DNA of 64,000 bases from Squalus acanthias (taxonomy: Eukaryota): contig CM059431.1 of the NCBI GenBank assembly GCA_030390025.1, forward strand, positions 152,398,001 through 152,462,000, written 5' to 3'. Positions within the stretch are counted from its first letter, which is position 1, and each line of letters starts with the position of its first letter. A program made the translations under genes and the position numbers. Of this stretch, positions 62,120-64,000 are shown one piece after another. A model generated the notes under the pieces. That model was not told the origin of the DNA. It was given only the letters and a program-made list of their open reading frames with translations, and did not search any database.

Positions 62120-64000
62120 AAATGACATAACCGTGAAAGCGGACGTGAGCAAGATGAGGAGCGGCGGCATAAAAGCAGCGATAGAAAAGATCCTGGGGCG
62201 GAGCAGACCGGAGCAGCAGCGGCATATTTATTCGGGTAATTCAAAAACAACAACAAATTATCAAGGAGTGACGTCACCGGACAGCAGGTAGGTGATTGGT
62301 TGGTGAGTTTTACAGTTTATTTTGCTCTCAGCCAGCGAAGTGGGTTCAACCTATAACTTGAACTAGATTTAGTAAGTATTTAAAAACTAAATCATGAGCT
62401 AAGTTAATTGAATGCATAAACATTAATTAATTAAATAACTAAAACGAGGTTATATAGTGATGGCAGTGCGGGTGATATGGTGCAACTGCACCATGTGGTA
62501 TGTTTGTGTCGAGAATCGCGATTCCTGATGACCACGTTTGCAGTTAGTGCCTGAACCTCGAGGAACTTCTTCTCAGAGTTGTTGAACGAGGTGCAGACAT
62601 TGCGAGGCATCAGGGCGGGGGAGAGTTACCTGGACACTTTGATCCAGGGGGCAGTCACACCCCTTCGGTTAGGTAGTGGAACAGGCCTGGTTAGTGGTCA
62701 GGGACAGGAGGGTGTGACTGCGACTCAGGCAGGTAAGGTGACCCCAGGTGCAGTGCTGGAGGAGCCTCGGCTTAGTACGTATTCAGCAGGTATGAGGTTC
62801 TTGCTGCCTGTGTGGATGAGGGCAAAATCTGCAGTATGGATGAGCAAACTGACCACGGCACCTTGGCATAGGAGGCCATTCCAGTGGGACGAGTGAAAAT
62901 GAATGTAGTTGTGGTAGAGGACAGCATAGTCAGGGGGAGAAATACTGTTTTCTGCAGCCAGGACCGGTGTTCCGAAGGCTCTGTTGCCTGTCAGGTTTAA
63001 GGATACCTCCCCGCAGCTGGATAAATATTTGTAGTGGGAGGGGGAGGATCCAGTGGTCGTATTCCACGTCGGAACCACAGACATACGTCGAACTAGGAAT
63101 GAGGTTCTGCTGAGAGAGCTTGAGGAGCGAGCATACAATTTAAAACGCAGGACCTCAAAAGTAATCATTTCTGGATTGTGACCTCATCCACGTGCAAATT
63201 GCCACCGTGATAAGCAGAACTGAGAGTTAAATGTTTTGCTGGAAGAATGGTTTGGGAGGAAAAGGTTTCGATTCATGGGCACTGGCACCAGTACTGGAGA
63301 AAGAGTGAGCTGCTCCATATTGAAGGGGCTCCATTAAACCGGGCTGGGACATGTATCCTGTTGAAGCAAATAACTTGACTGTTCATAGGGCTTTCAACTA
63401 AAATTCAAGGCATTGGAGCAGTGTATCGATTTGGATAAAGATAAGCAGAGTGTGACAGGAAGGAACAGAGAGCTTAATGGTAATAGTGCATCAGCGAATA
63501 AGGAGAAAGCAGGGAATAATGGTAAGAAAGCTAAAAGTAAAGGCTGTTTATCTGAATGCACGAAGCATTCGTAACAAGGGATCTATAAGAAATGAAACCA
63601 GACTAAATATAAACGAAACAGGAACGCAGAACCTAGGAAGGAACAAACTAAGGTAGGTCATAGACTCTAGGTAATAAATAGAGTTATAGATATAGGGAGT
63701 AAAAATATGGTTGAAAATAAAGTGACAAGAACTGCTATTAAACATGAGTTAAACTCTCTGTAGAGCAATACACACTCTGTCCTAACAAAACAGGGGAACT
63801 GGAGGCAATATTATGTTGCGATGAACCAGATATTGTAGGGAATACTTTGCCATGGCTAGAGAAAGCAGGACTGGGAATTAAACATTGCAGGGCATAACAT
63901 ATTTAGAAAAGAAAGAGTGGGCAAAATAGGAAGTGGGTTCGCTGTGCTTATTAGAGATAACATAATGGCAGTAAAAACATGACAGAGTTATCAGTTAGAC
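62120..64000 (+). mobile_element. 5' end of a degenerate CR1: 5' UTR, ORF1 (Zn-finger + SGNH-esterase type) and start of the ORF2 endonuclease
   Basis: CNCTMW..CS*C; VVVVEDSIVRG (GDS motif variant), VVFHVGTTDI, VIISGL; YLNARSIRNK; many stops and frameshifts. Confidence 0.8.

Overview
Repeat-saturated vertebrate DNA, almost certainly a cartilaginous fish (shark-like): CR1/HER1-type LINEs, HE1-type V-SINEs, Deu-domain SINEs, L2/RTE/Tx1 fragments, PIF/Harbinger elements and many minisatellites grown from SINE/LINE pieces. I find no intact host gene, only broken pieces. (i) Three consecutive 3' exons of OSBP on the minus strand, one split by a 429-bp V-SINE. (ii) About 3 kb upstream on the same strand, a ZFP91-like exon (RRRKSEYPRRR), and further up a CpG-island first exon with a premature stop; the remaining ZFP91 exons and the 5' OSBP exons are not visible. 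(iii) The C-terminal end of a GPI-type ecto-ADP-ribosyltransferase fused to a minisatellite. (iv) Unidentified exon-like islands at 35.3-37.3 kb. I infer a degenerating, deletion-rearranged duplicate region (for example a Y-like, B-like or segmental copy), although mis-assembly cannot be excluded. Other notable items: a Harbinger family that kept its Myb/SANT gene but lost its transposase core, an intron-containing tRNA-Arg(TCG)-like pseudogene, a SINE that swapped LINE tails, a promoter with seven TGAnTGACAG decamers, and an old inverted duplication with a CRE-rich minisatellite. Gene and repeat-family names rest on my recognition of motifs, not on database searches.
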